Source: Octopus vulgaris (taxonomy: Eukaryota). From it: a stretch of DNA of 64,000 bases. The position numbers and the translations under genes are program-made. The stretch is from the NCBI GenBank assembly GCA_951406725.2, contig OX597837.1, positions 42,408,001-42,472,000 of the forward strand, in the 5' to 3' direction. This document shows positions 39,359 through 53,440 of this stretch, piece after piece. The stretch's first letter is position 1. Every line of letters begins with the position of its first letter. A model generated the notes under the pieces. The model worked only from the letters and a program-made list of their open reading frames with translations, ran no database searches and had not been told where the DNA came from.

Positions 39359-41421
39359 ACACCAGCCACAACAACCAGTGCTCCTCTGAGCACAGCATAC
39401 ATAAAGCTGTCTTTACTAAATGCTGATTTGACTACTTCTATTAGTGTGCTTGCACGAACTAGATCAACTTCTCAACAGTAGCAATGGATCTACTCCTTTC
39501 AGTTACTGCCACAAGAGTTTCATCATGGTGCTATTGTGAAGAAATTACAGGCTTTTCAAAACTAAAGGCATACCTCCATTTTCACCATCATATCTCTACA
39601 TTACATAATGGCCACATCTCTCCTTTACACACACCATAAATGTATAACGATAATAAAAGTAATGGGAAATTATTATCAGTTCTTTAATCAGATGCTTTTA
39701 TATAGATAAGGAACCTGTTTCTCTCCTTTTCCCTCGCTTTCCCTTGCTTAGGTAGTTGATTCCTTTCACACTTTTGAAGAGCCAATAGTCATTTACAGCC
39801 CCTTTTTATGATTCAGTAACACCAACCAAGCCGTAATAATCATAGCTGAATTGCCAGCACCATCTACCAAACATTCAATGAAGACTACTCTGATTACATT
39901 CATATTTATGATATGAAAATTTTCCCGACGCAATTATCTGGTAATACATTATCGTCATAGCTATCGTCATCATCAATATTATTATTATTATTATTATTAC
40001 CATATCATTTATGAAGCAAAATTAGATTATAACCTCTGAGCCAAGCTGACATTTCCACAAATATTATACAGATAATGTAAACATTTTATTCACAACAAAA
40101 TGCATATCCGTTTGATGTGTGAGAGAAGAGAATTTCCATATATATTCTCGAATTCTTAATGCACGATAAACAACTCTTTCAATTATGGTTTAAAAAGGTA
40201 AGATACATATTATCGTCATGTGTAATTAGATAGTGATTTAATATGCCTCCCAAACTCGCCATGAAAGTGAAAGCGAGAAAGAGAACACCGTGATGAATAA
40301 AAACATAATGAAAAAAAATAAAATAAAATAAAATAAGGGAGAAACAAATAAAAAGAGAAAGTGTAATTCCATTAAATATACAATATGAATAATTTCTGGT
40401 TTTTGCATTTGCAAGACTTACGCTTTCCATAAATATTCAAGCAAAATGGAACATGCAAGCACATGCACATATGCAAGTGTACAAACACACACACACGTAT
40501 ATATAGGCTATGTAGTTTCACAATATAAAAAAATGATTGGTGTATGTATGCATGTGTGTGTGAGTGTATATATATATATATATGTTACATACACAGTCAA
40601 TGCTTTTTTTTCACTTTTCTGGGAACATATAGCTTACAGATTTCTGGGGGATTTTTTTTTTGTGTGTGTTTTTAACAATATAGTTTACTTTTATTTTCTG
40701 AAAGGAAACTATTTCTTTTGCCCACATTATTTTAAAAAAAAAAAAAAAAGGAAACCCTAAAAAAAAAAAAAAAATCGATTTCTTTGTAAGGCCAGAAGAA
40801 AATGATTTATTGCATCAACTGGAGTATATAACTGGTATCTAATTTATGAACACCTGGGAAAATGTAAATGGACAGACATAACAAGCAATAATGAAAAACC
40901 TAAGGTGATTATTACCGTGGAAGCTTTAACTAAAAAAAATAAAAAGTCTTCTTTCCATTTGTGTTCTGTATTTAAAGCACATCAGGGCAAGGACCACAAT
41001 AAGTAGCAAACATCAAAGTGCTGCTTCGATCAGAGGTGGATATCATAGGATTCTCCTCTCACACACACACAAATTCCCTTTCTTTACCTTTTTATAATCT
41101 TCATCACGCCCATACTCTCTTACTCTTTAAATGTTGAAAAACAAACAAACGAAATGAAGCCGAGAACTTATAAATAACGTGTAAAACAGCTTGACACACT
41201 GGATCACTTGCTGTAACTCATGTTTCTCAATTGACACTGAGTGGTAAAAGAAAAGTTTTGAATATGTGCAGGGGTAGCTGTATGGTAAGAAGCTTGCCTC
41301 CCAACCATATGGTTCTGGGTTCAGTCCCATTGTGCAGGGCCTGGGGCAAATGTCTTCTACCTTTGGGCTGACCAAAACCTTTTGAATAGATTTGGTAGAC
41401 AGAAACTGAAAGAAGTCCATA

Positions 41422-41478
<57 letters not shown>

Positions 41479-41480
<2 letters not shown>

Positions 41481-41649
41481 AGTAGGAGTGGCTGTGTGGT
41501 AAGTAGCTTGCTTACCAACCACATGGTTCTGTGTTCAGTCCCACGGCGTGGCACCTTGGGCAAGTGTCTTCTACTATAGCCTTGGGTCGACCAAAGCCTT
41601 GTGAGTGGATTTGGTAGACGGAAACTGAAAGAAGCCCGCCGTATATATG

Positions 41650-41702
<53 letters not shown>

Positions 41703-41868
41703 TTGTATGTCTGTGTTTGTCCCCACAACCTCGCTTGACAACCGATGCTGGTGTGTTTACGTCCCTGTAACTTAGCGGTTCAGCAAAAAGAAACCAACAG
41801 AATAAGTACTAGGCTTACAAAGAATAAGTCCTGGGGTCGACTAAACAAGTAAAAGAGTAAAGAGAGAG
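41479..41868 (+). mobile_element. Family A SINE, preceded by a partial copy at about 41267-41420
   Basis: Close match to 13376-13780. Confidence 0.9.
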
Positions 41869-42044
41869 TATATATATATATGTGTGTGTGTGTGTGTTTT
41901 TGTCCCCTCCACTGCTTGACAACTGGGGTTCATGTGTTTACATCCTCGTGAGTGGTACAGCAAAAAAGACTGATAGAATAACTACCAGGCTTAAACAAGA
42001 AATAAATACTGGGGTTGATTATTCTCTTATTATTTCATTTTAAA

Positions 42045-42620
42045 TTCTTTTACTTGTTTCAGTCATTTGACTGTGGCCATGCTGGAGCACCGCCTTTAGT
42101 CAAACAAATCAACCCCCGGACATATTCTTTAAAAATCTAGTACTTATTGTTTCAGTCTCTTTTCTCTTTTGCCAGATCACTAAGTTATGGGGTTGCAAAC
42201 ACACCAATATATCGGTTGTCAATACACACACACCCACACACAGGCATATACACACATATATATACAAGTGCAGGCATGGCTGTGTGGTAAGAAGCTTGCT
42301 TTGCAACCACAAGATACTGGGTTCAGTTCAACTGTACAGCACTTCGGGCAAGTGGATACTACTATAGCCTTGAGCTAACCAAAGCCTTGTTCAGTGGATT
42401 TTGTAGATGGAAACTGAAGGAAGCCCGTTGTGTGTTTGTATTTGTCCCCCGACACTGCTTGACAACCAGGGTTGGTGTGTTTACATTCCTGTAACTTAGC
42501 GCTTAAGCAAAAGAGACTGAGAAAATAAATACTAGGCTTTAAAAAGTTCTGGAGTCGATTCATTTGACTAAAACCATTCAAGGTGGTATTCCAGCATGGC
42601 CACAATCAAATAACTATTAA
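42045..42620. mobile_element. Two family A SINE segments: minus about 42045-42230 and plus about 42270-42620
   Basis: 3' half in reverse orientation, followed by a plus-strand copy GCAGGCATGGCTGTGTGGTAAG. Confidence 0.75.
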
Positions 42621-42756
42621 ATGATATATAAAAGATATATATATATACACACACACACACATATATACATATAAATAAATTAATATGTATATATGCACAA
42701 ACGTATAAATATATATACACACACATAGAAATATATATATATACACATAAATGTAT

Positions 42757-42955
42757 ATCATCATCGTTCAAGATCTGTTTTCCATGCTGGCATGGGTTGT
42801 ACAGTTTGACAGGAGCTAACCAGCTGAAGGGCTGTTCAGGCTCCCTGTCCGTTTTGGCATGGTTTCTACAGCTGGATGCCCTTCCTAATGCTAACCACTT
42901 TACAGAGGTTACTGGGTGCAGCACCAGCGTGGATGTTTTTACATGGCATCAGCAC
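42757..42955 (-). mobile_element. Family C retroposon
   Basis: ATCATCATCGTT...CATGCTGGCATGGGTT...GCTGGATGCCCTTCCTAATGC. Confidence 0.75.
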
Positions 42956-43924
42956 TTAGAAGCCCGCAACAGAAGTAGATGACACTTGCCCAACTGCTGT
43001 GCATTAGAACGAAGGCCAAAAAACTACAGTTACAAATTGAACTCAACCACTCTGTCATGTATGCACTATTGTTCACAACTGCATTATACATAGATAGACA
43101 GACAGACAGACAAACAAATACATATACTCTTCTAATAAGCTGGAGTCAAGTGAGTTTGATAAAGTGACAAGGTGTCAAAGACTTTAGCTAGAAAGGAGGA
43201 AGATAGCTATAGAAGAAGAACAAGCAGCACTAAAAGAAGATGTTGACAGACAGGACGGACGTACAGGATGTGATAGACAATAGCAGAGTAAAATGAAATG
43301 ACTGATTGCTAAATTAAAACCTGCAACACTTAAAGTTTTCACAGGTTGAGTGAGGAGATATGTAGAATGGTAAATTGACCCATGGAAGAGGGAAGAGGGA
43401 TGGGTGGTCACCGAAGGAGACGTTGATGGACGATGAGGATGATGATGATGATGGTTGTGATGATGTACGTGGTAATCATAAACAAAACAAAACAACGGCA
43501 ATGCTTGAAAACTAATAAGTGAAAAGATATTTTGAATGTTTTCTCAGTTCAAAGAAACCATATACAATAATGCAAAACAAAAACAACAACAAAAATAAGA
43601 AAAAATATTCTTCTTCGATAAAATGAGAAATACTGAATACGAATTGAGGCCAAGATGTTAGCTTGTTGCTTCTTTTTTCTTTTCTTCTATTCTATTCATT
43701 GCTGTGTCCTGGAGGGAACAGTGGCTGTTTATGTTTCGTGGTGGTGGGCATCTCAGTGCAGTAAATGTTTGGGGTTAGTGAGTGTAGGGGGCATGTGCAA
43801 GATGGGTACAGAACAGAGAGAACACTGGAGGAATTTTAGAGTTTCATGGGAATAAATATGAATGGAGGAGCATCTCAAAGTCAGACTATGTTTGGAGAAT
43901 GAAAAGCCACAGTATTTAGCACTG

Positions 43925-43962
<38 letters not shown>

Positions 43963-43994
43963 AGAGAAAGAGAGACAGAGAGAGAGAGAGACCT

Positions 43995-44220
43995 TTAACC
44001 TTTAGCTTTCAGATTATTCTGTTAAATGTAATGCTTATTTATTCACCTTGTTTTGAATTATCATTTATTATCTCGTAGCTCTGAGATTTTAATGATGTGA
44101 CTGTTTATTTGTAGAAATGGCATTGTAGTGTAGGTGTGAGAGGCTAGATCTTGCCAGTTGGATATAAAATGCATGGAATATTTGGGCTGGATATGGCCAG
44201 TGTAAATGCTAAAGGATTAA
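43995..44220. mobile_element. piggyBac-like MITE P1
   Basis: TTAA-CCTTTAGC...GCTAAAGGA-TTAA. Confidence 0.8.
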
Positions 44221-44232
44221 AGTCTGAGATAT

Positions 44233-44456
44233 TTAACCCTTTCATTACCAACCTGGCTGAAACTGGCTCTGGCTCTGAGTACAAATGTCTTGTTTCCATA
44301 AGTTTTGAATTAAAATCTTCTACCAAACCTTAGTCATAATTTATGTTCCTAAAACTAGCTTAATGATAACCAACTTATTTTACTAAATTCTTTGTAATAT
44401 AGTAATTATAAGAAGCACAAAGCATTTCAAAATAAATACAATAACAAAAGGGTTAA
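44233..44456. mobile_element. piggyBac-like MITE P2
   Basis: TTAA-CCCTTTCATTAC...ATAACAAAAGGG-TTAA, matching 28229-28453. Confidence 0.85.
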
Positions 44457-45071
44457 GTCACAGCAATAACAAAATCTACCTGATGCTATTGCTACTGGTT
44501 TCTGCTTTAGGCACAAGGTGAACGATTTTGAGGGGAGGGGGAAACTGAAGTACTTGACTGATCCATTACTTTACCATATCTGAAGAGAATGAAAGGCAAA
44601 GTTGACCAAAGTGGGATTCAGTAGGATTTGAACTTAGAATGTAAAGAGCCGGGATAAATAAAGTATTTTTTATCTGGGACTCTAGCAATTCTGTCAATCC
44701 CCCACCCTAATAATAATAATAATAGTTCTTTCTACTAATGGCACAAGGCCTGAAATATGTGGTGAGGGGGAGGGAGTGTCAATTTCATTGACCCCCAGAG
44801 CCCAGTTAGCAGATAACTGATTGACTTCAAAAGGATGAAATGTTAAGTCAAACTTGTTGAAATTTGATCTCAGAAGGTACTAAACATTTTGTCCAATGTG
44901 CTAAAGATTCTGTTTGCTTGGCACCTTCATAAATAATTATAATAATCCTTTCTACTATATTCACAAGGCTTGAATGTTGGGGGAGGGGATTGTCAATTAC
45001 ATCGACCCCCTCCCCACTCAAGTACTTGATGCTCTAATGATTCTGTCAGCTTGTTATAATAATAATAATAA

Positions 45072-45478
45072 TACTCTTTACTCTCTCTTTTACTCCTTTT
45101 CTTGTTTCAGCCATTTGACTGCGGCCATGCTGGAGCACTGCCTTTTAGTCCAGCAAATCAACCCCATGATTTATTCTTTGTAAGCCTAGTACTTATTCTA
45201 TTGGTTTCTTTTGCTGAACCGCTAAGTTACAGGGATGTAAACACACTAGCATCGGTTGTTAAGCGATGTTGGAGGTACAAAAACAGACACACAAACACAT
45301 ATATATACATATATATGACGGGCTTTCAGTTTCCATCTACCAAATCCACTCACAAGGCTTTTGGTCAGCCCAAGGCTATAGTAGAAGACACTTTGCCCAA
45401 GGTGCCGCGCAGTAGGACTGAACCCGGAACCATGTGGTCGGTAAGCAAGCTACTTACCACACAGCCACCCCTGTGCCT
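45072..45478 (-). mobile_element. Full-length family A SINE
   Basis: Match to the other family A copies, flanked by (TAA)n. Confidence 0.9.
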
Positions 45479-45480
45479 AC

Positions 45481-45521
<41 letters not shown>

Positions 45522-46466
45522 TAATAATAATAATGCAACAAGCAGCTAGCCAACCCTCATTTCTTCAAAAGCCCACTTGTTGTTGCATATATGTATTCAG
45601 ATCAGTAAATAAAGAAATAAATGCGCAGATTAAAAGACAGAAGAGAAGAATATTCAAAAATAGTGACTCTGTTTCCATAAAAATCTATGTGATATATCAG
45701 TTATGAAGATGTGTGTGTGTGTGTGTGTGTGAGTGTGTTGGTAGCTGGGGTGGGGTGAAAGTTCTTTAAAATATGTGTACACACACACATATACACACAT
45801 ACGCACAGACATACATACACAACCCACGGACACACACACACATACATATGAACTTAAACAAAAAAACATATGCATGCACACTGTTAAGGTCAGTGCAGTA
45901 TTTGAATATATTCCTTTGTAAAAACCTTTGAAAGGCCAGAGGCATAAATAAAAATAAGAGATGGAGAGAGAGGGAGGAGACAGAGACAGAGATGGAGAGA
46001 GAGAGAGAGAGAGAGACAAAGTGGGGGAGAAATAGAGAGGGACAGAGACAGTAAAAACAGAAGGAAAGTGTAGAAGAGAGAGAGAGAGATAGAAAGATGC
46101 TGAGGTTCTCTGATTGAATAGCATCTTTGATGTATGGAGACTCCATCAGCAGGGCCTGGCAACATCAGATGAAAAATCGTTCATATTTCAGATAACACAT
46201 TTTGCCTCCCAGAGCTTTCTCAACAAGTGAAAGTCGGCTGTTCTAGTGACAATGATGGATAATAGACAGCTTGGAGTAATGGTATCAAAGAACTGATCAA
46301 TGGTGAAATAAGTGAATGTCACAAGTCACAATGCAAGATCAGATCTTGAAATACTAAGAAAGCCAAGATAGATTTCAGGTGATTTATCTTTAAACATTGC
46401 TGAATGACTTCAGCTGACAAATAAATGAGAATATGACAACTGGGTTTATAGAAACATATTTTTAGT

Positions 46467-46533
<67 letters not shown>

Positions 46534-46588
46534 GGTGTGTGTGTGTGTATGCACACATATGTGTAATACATATAAATGTATAAATGAA

Positions 46589-46626
<38 letters not shown>

Positions 46627-46627
<1 letters not shown>

Positions 46628-46703
46628 CGTAAATTCTTGAGTATAATCCGCATTTTTTCCCCAAAATTTAAAGGTCAAAATCCCTAGTGCGTACTATATA
46701 CTC
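46627..46703. mobile_element. Short Tc2/pogo-like MITE remnant
   Basis: TA followed by TCGTAAATTCTTGAGTATAATCCGCA ... TGCGTACTATATACTC, an imperfect inverted repeat with the right end truncated. Confidence 0.4.
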
Positions 46704-48238
46704 CAACAGATTCTTGAAGAGAGGAAAATGCATCGCGTAGTCTCTTAAAAGCTATCATCTTAATAACTAAGTGTAGGTGTATGTGTTATTTGTGTGTGTG
46801 AGAGGGGTGGGGTGAGAAGACAGGATTTTCAAGAAACTGGTGGTGTTTTGGACCAGCAAAAAATTAGACTGTTAGTCCATTGATGAGTTGATGTGCCATG
46901 GATAGAAGAAGGGTCTGATATCTCCAGAGTTGGCTCTTCTCTCATGCTAATGTGAACTTATTTAGATACATGAACCTCATCATATAGATGCACAAACACG
47001 TGTGTGCGTGTTTGGTGGGGAGGTTCATGATTTAATGCTATGTTCCCTTCTGGCAAGAGTTGGATGGTTTGACAGGATCTGATACACCCAATGATTGCAT
47101 TGTGCCCTGCATGAACTTCCTAACAGAAACTGTTTTACAGCTTGTACTAGGTACTTTTTTTTTTTTCCACGTCACCAGCACTCTTGAGGTTACCATGCAG
47201 CCTGCATGAATATGAACCCTGAGGTGAAGAGGACTTTATGCTAGGAGTTGGAGAGTAGAGAGGGCTAAAGTAGGAGAGAAAAAGGGCAGAGCAGAACAGG
47301 TCTCTTGCTGTAGAGGAACTTCATGACTACTCACATTTTAGAAGAGATGGTGGTAGTGATCAGGTAGAGCTGGAAAATGATAAAATTGGTAGTAATGAGG
47401 TGTCAGGGTGGACATTCAAGGTACCAGTTGAATAGGAATGAGTTGGGTAGTGAGGCCAGAAGTGAGGAGTAGGGAACAGGCAGAATAATAATGATGATGG
47501 TACCATAAAAAGAAGCCAAGAGGAACAGGTGTGTTCTCTCTGCTGTTTTCCCTTTTATCCCTTTCTGTTGAAGAGCACAGGCTTGAAACATCAAAGACTT
47601 TTCCATCTTTACTGCAAGTCAAACTAATACCCACACCTTGTTTGTTTTTCCCTCACCCGTCTCTGTCTTTTCTGTTCTGTAAATCTGAACCATTTAAAAC
47701 ATGCAGTTGGGTTTATAAATACACATATACACTGACGGAAAATAGCCAAATGAAATAACTTAAACCAATGAATAACTACTAAGTATTCTATTGTTAAGAA
47801 AAATTAAATCTCACAAAACATAGTTTTTCCCACTCCCATCAGGTAAGTAAAACAATATTAAGTACTGAGTTTTCCCATCAGTATAAGGTTACACACTTTA
47901 TGGGACAGCATGCTTTGTTGGTTTTAATGAACCCAAGTACCTGTTACATATTTTACCAGGGACTTCTACTTTGTCACTCGAACCTCTAGAAGTAACAGCT
48001 GCACCTCCATCAAATTACACCCTATTTCTAAAAAAAAAAATTAAAAATTAAGGACACATTTGATATTGTAGTTCTTAGAGACACAAAAAGACAGAATCTC
48101 TTTGATAACACCATAATTGTCTTGGTGTTAATTAACAAGTACAAAATAAAAAGGGACGGAAAGTATTTCAATGGGTCTGATAAGGATTCTGCTAGCACGT
48201 CACCTTAGATAGAGCAATAAATAACAATTGATAAATAT

Positions 48239-48472
48239 TTATTTCTTTATTGCCCACAGGGGGCCAAACACAGAGCGGACAAATAAGGACGGACAAAGGG
48301 CTTAAGTCGGTTACATCGACCCCAGTGCGTAACTGGTACTTCATTTATCGACCCCAAAAGTATGAAAGGCAAAGTCGACTTCGGCAGAATTTGAACTCAG
48401 AACGTAACGGCAGCCGAAATACCGCTAAGCATTTCACCCAACGTGCTAATGATTCTGCCAGCTCGCCGCCCT
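48239..48472 (-). mobile_element. Full-length family B SINE
   Basis: Complete body, flanked by ATAAATATT on both sides. Confidence 0.9.
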
Positions 48473-48499
48473 TATAAATATTATTAAATAATATATCAA

Positions 48500-48960
48500 G
48501 CTGTGCCAGTGGCACATAATAGGCATGCATTACACTCTTGAAGTGATTGGCATTAGGAAGGGCATCCAGGTTCAGAAACCATGCCAAATCAGACTGGAAT
48601 TTGGTGCAGCACTCCGGCTTACCAGTTCCAGTTAAGCCATCTAACCCATACGAGCATGGAAAGTGGATGTTAAATGATGATGAATATTATATCAAACATT
48701 ATCATCATCATTTAGCATCTGCTTTCTATGCTAGCATGGGTTGGACGGTTCAACTGGGGTCTGGGAAGCCAGAAGGCTGCACCAGGCCCAGTCTGATCTG
48801 GCCATGTTTCTAAGGTTGGATGCCCTTCCTAACACCAACCACCCACACCAACCACCCCATGAGTGTAGTGGGTGCTTTTTACGTGCCAGACGAGGCTGGC
48901 AAACGGCCACGATCAGATGGTGCTTTTTACGTGCCACCAGCACGGAGGCCAGGCAACGGC
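48500..48960. mobile_element. Two family C copies tail-to-tail: plus about 48500-48684 and minus about 48700-48960
   Basis: A (GAT)n tail is followed about 15 bp later by the (CAT)n of an inverted copy. Confidence 0.8.
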
Positions 48961-49289
48961 CATATATACACATATATGCAATTATTTGTATGGTAAACAA
49001 AACTTACTTATCTAAGCTGATAGATGGATCAGAAGTGAAAAATGAGTGGGATGAGTTGATTATTTCTGATGTTGTGTAGCTCTAGTGAATCCCCTATCAA
49101 GCAGACTCAAGTAGTTGAATAGCTGAGCTCAATACACAGATATGGTACACTAGATGTACTATTTTTCAGTCAAGTAGATAACCTCTCTGTACCCCTACTT
49201 TTATTATTTTTTCTTCATTGTGTGCCCATTCCTGTAAAGCCGGGCTGGACGTTGTGACAGGGGCCTCAGTGGAAAGTAACCAATGTTTA

Positions 49290-49440
49290 AAGTGTAAGAA
49301 ATCTGTGGAAAAGAAGTCTAAGGAAGAGAGGAAAAGTGGATCTCAAGTGATTAAACTTCATGGATTTGACAAAAGACAGTACTGAGTGTCAAAATTCTGC
49401 CCTGGAGAAGACTTGTTCAATTTATGCAAGCATGGAAAAA
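49290..49440 (+). mobile_element. Decayed RTE-like LINE 3' end
   Basis: ACAAAAGACAGTACTGAGTGTC...CTGGAGAAGACTTGTTCAATTTATGCAAGCATGGAAAA reads TKDSTEC..LEKT, resembling RTE ...DRxxWRxAVLEKT, and ends in the family C tail motif. Confidence 0.45.
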
Positions 49441-49970
49441 AGTGGGAAATCAGAAGAACTGATGAAGGTTTGGAGTTTGGCAGTGCCTAATGCTTACAAC
49501 TGGTTTCCATTGCTTATTTTAATATTAAGTCATCTTATGAACCATCTTCTCACTATCACTTCATTACACTAACACATCTCTTGCAATACACACACACACA
49601 CACACACACACCATCTATTCCTTCATTCCATTAATCAATGGTGCAGCTCCAAATAATTCATAATTTATATGCATACATGACTTATTACATCCATATATAT
49701 ATATAATTAATTATTATATAATAATTCATAATTAATAAACATGTCTTATAATAGTATGTGTGTATGTATGTCTTATAATAGTATGTGTGTGAGTGTGTGA
49801 GCATACATACATGCATAAATCATATACACACATCAATAAGACACATGCATATAAATTATAAATTATTTTGTGCTGTAACAAAGGTCTATGGAGTGAAGGA
49901 AAAGCAGGTAAGAGTGAACTTCTAAAACTTAATATGAAAGAATTATGCATACTCTTACCTCACACAAAAA

Positions 49971-50214
49971 CACACACACACATATATAATATACACACAT
50001 ATACATACATATACAGACATACATACACATATACATACATATACAGACATACATACACATACATATATATACATACATACATATACATACATATACATAC
50101 ATACATATACATACATATACATATATACATACATACATAAATATATATATACATACATACATACATACATAAATATATATATATATACATACATACATAT
50201 ATATATATATACAC

Positions 50215-50245
<31 letters not shown>

Positions 50246-50693
50246 CATACATACATATATATATACATACATACATATATACATACATATATATATACAT
50301 ACATACATATATAATACATACATACATATATACATATATACATATATACATACATATATACATACATACATATATATATATATATACATACATATATATA
50401 TATATATACATACATATATATATATACATACATATATATATACATACATATATATATATACATACATATATATATATACATACATATATATATATATATA
50501 CATACATATATATGTATATATACATACATATATATATACATACATACATACATATATATATATACATACATACATATATATATACATACATACATACATA
50601 TATATATACATACATATATACATACATACATATATATATACATACATACATACATATATATATACATATATATATATATACATACATACATAC

Positions 50694-50728
<35 letters not shown>

Positions 50729-50745
50729 CAGGAGAGAGAGAGAGG
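49971..50745. repeat. Long compound (TA/TACA)n microsatellite ending in (GA)n
   Basis: Direct reading. It explains the IY/VC-rich ORFs. Confidence 0.97.
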
Positions 50746-51520
50746 AAGGAAAGTGTTAGCTTTATGTGACTATTACAAACAAAAAGATTGAGTACACAGT
50801 ACTAAGTTAGCAGAACAAGTATTATCCGTCCATATTTCAACTCGAGGAATTCTACATAACTTACAAACACACTTGCATGCACAGACCAGAATCTGGAGAG
50901 AATAAACATGTTAAAAAATCAATCCTACAAATCAAAGAGTTATTTATTTTTATTTTTTTATTAATTTTTTTTTTACGTCTTTCTTTTTCCCCCCCTCCTC
51001 ATTTTTTTTTATTTTTCCACATTTCTGCATTTCCTTCTTAAATTTCCTTTTTATGCTTGTATCTTGAAAATATAGGTGAAATAAATAAAATCTCACACAT
51101 CACACATTCACGCACGCCACACACAAACATTGCATCACACAATATACTGCACTCACACACACCAACTTGAAAGTAAGCATATTATTTTTTTCTTTAAAAA
51201 AGAACTCATTTGAATACCTACTTTTCTTTGTACAGAAAACCAGTGCAATATATGCAAGAACTATTTTTATTTTCATTTTAAACAGAGGATTAAATATTCT
51301 TCAGAGTAAAGCCTATATATTATTTCCAGTTCTTTGAAAGAATTCATGTCAGGCCTAAAGATTTCTTTCAGTGTGCATTGGAAACGGTTACTCACTCCTG
51401 TAGTAATGAATTAATACTGGAATTGAGAGAGGTTTTATTTTTAATTCAACAATATATCTGAGACACGGGAGTGGCTGTGTGATAAGAAGTTTGCTTCCCA
51501 ACCAAAAGACCTCAGATTCT

Positions 51521-51914
51521 TATTTCTTTATTGCCCTCAAGGGGCTAAACATAGAGGGGACAAACAAGGACAAACAAAGGTATTAAGTCGATTACATCGA
51601 TTCCAGTGTGTAACTGGTACTTTATCGACCCCAAAAGTCGACCTTGGTGGAATTTGAACTCGGAACATAACGGCAGACGAAATGTCGCTAAGCATTTCCC
51701 AACCAAAAGACCTCAGATTCTTGTTTCTGTATTGCCCACAAGGGGCTAAACATAGAGGGGACAAACAAGGACAGACAAAGGGATTAAGTTAATTATATCG
51801 ACCCCAGTGTGTAACTAGTACTTTATCAACCCTGAAAGTTGACCTTGGTGGAATTTGAACTCAGAACATAACAGCAGATGAAATGCCGCTAAGTTTCTGC
51901 CAGCTCGCCACCTT
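51521..51914 (-). mobile_element. Two family B SINE copies inside a family A SINE (about 51466-52010)
   Basis: Target CCAAAAGACCTCAGATTCT is present three times (51502, 51703, 51915). Confidence 0.85.
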
Positions 51915-53440
51915 CCAAAAGACCTCAGATTCTGTCCCACTGCATGACACCTTGGGCATCTTCTGCTATAGCCCTGGTCCATCCAAAGCCTTGCAAATGG
52001 ATTTGACAGAATCATCTTCATTATCGAACATTTGTTTTCCATACTAGCATGAGTTGGAAGGTCTGATAGGAGCTGGAAAACCAGAGAGCAACCCTAGGTT
52101 TCAATTATCTGTCTTGGCATGGTTTCTACAACTTCCTATGAGTGTGTGTGTGTGTGTGTGTGTGTAAATGAGTATTACATGTATGTATTACTGCCTCCTT
52201 GTGTTGACTTCATGACTGATAAATGATTGACACTGTCTTACAAACAGTGTCCTTCATATCCAACCGTCCATAAAAACATGTCTGGCCATGGAGAATATCA
52301 CCTTATTTGGAAATAGACGAGAGTTGGAAACAGGAAAGGCATGCAGCTGTAGGAAATCTGCCTCAACAAATTCCGTCTGACCCATGCAAGCATGGTAAAG
52401 TGGATATATGGTGATGAGGAAGATCTTATTGTATTAGTAAGGTCAGTTCAAACAGACATAGACATACATACACACAATTACATAGTTTTTTGGGGTTTTT
52501 TACTATAAGGAATAACGAGAGAATGACACTTGAGTGCCAGGGGTTTAGAAATGGAAACCAAATCTCACATAGGGATAAACAAACATTGTAGCACGGTGTA
52601 GGAAGTGTTTAGTGAATTGTGTCTATTGAAAAACATTGTAAAGTCACACAAGTCAAATATAGATAAGAGTTCAAAGTCCCTGGTGGTTGCTTCCTCGTTT
52701 AATATGTGAGCTACAATCAAAGCATGCATGAAGTAAAGTAAATTGGAATAAGATAGGTATGAACTGTCTCATATGTATGTATGTATGTACGAAAGTATGT
52801 ATATATATGTGTGTTTGTAAATCTGTTATGCTGAAGGGAAAATTCTTTATAACATATAATGCATACTAATTTTACTCAATTAATTATGTGTCATGCTTTC
52901 TTTCTAAACAATTTAGTATAATGTCAGTATATAAACAAGGTATCAGGTTATGTTTAAATGAGTTGATATGTGCTACATATGTAGCCATCCATAATAATTT
53001 AAAGATGGATTATTTTCAAATGAATGGTTCTCTTTTGCAATTATTTAAAGAAATCTTTGATGTCAGTGGAGATCTGAAATATCAAATTACCATTATCCAT
53101 AATTGCACTTGTGATTGAAGTTTCTTGATCAGATTTTAAAGACATTTATAAGTCTTTTACTGGTTCCAGCCAGTTAGTTGTGGTTCTGCTGAAGTTCAGC
53201 CATCATCATTCACTGATATTCCAAACAAGTTGTTAGCGGTGATGCCGGTTCATTTGCAATATTTCATAAGTTCAATGTTTAAAAAACATAGGTGTGATTG
53301 CATGGTAAAGTGTTTGCTTCCCAAGCACGTGGTTCTGAGTTCAGTCCTACTCCATGGCACCTTGGGTAAGTGTCTTTTATTATAGCCCCAGGCTGACCAA
53401 GGGCTTGTGAGTACATTTGGTCGACAGGTACTGAAAGAAG

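Noticed and set aside
46093-46128. AAAGATGCT...AGCATCTTT stem-loop
   Set aside because: Only 9 bp, which is expected by chance.
49929-50709. ORFs of 243-252 aa
   Set aside because: They are translations of a (TA/TACA)n microsatellite.
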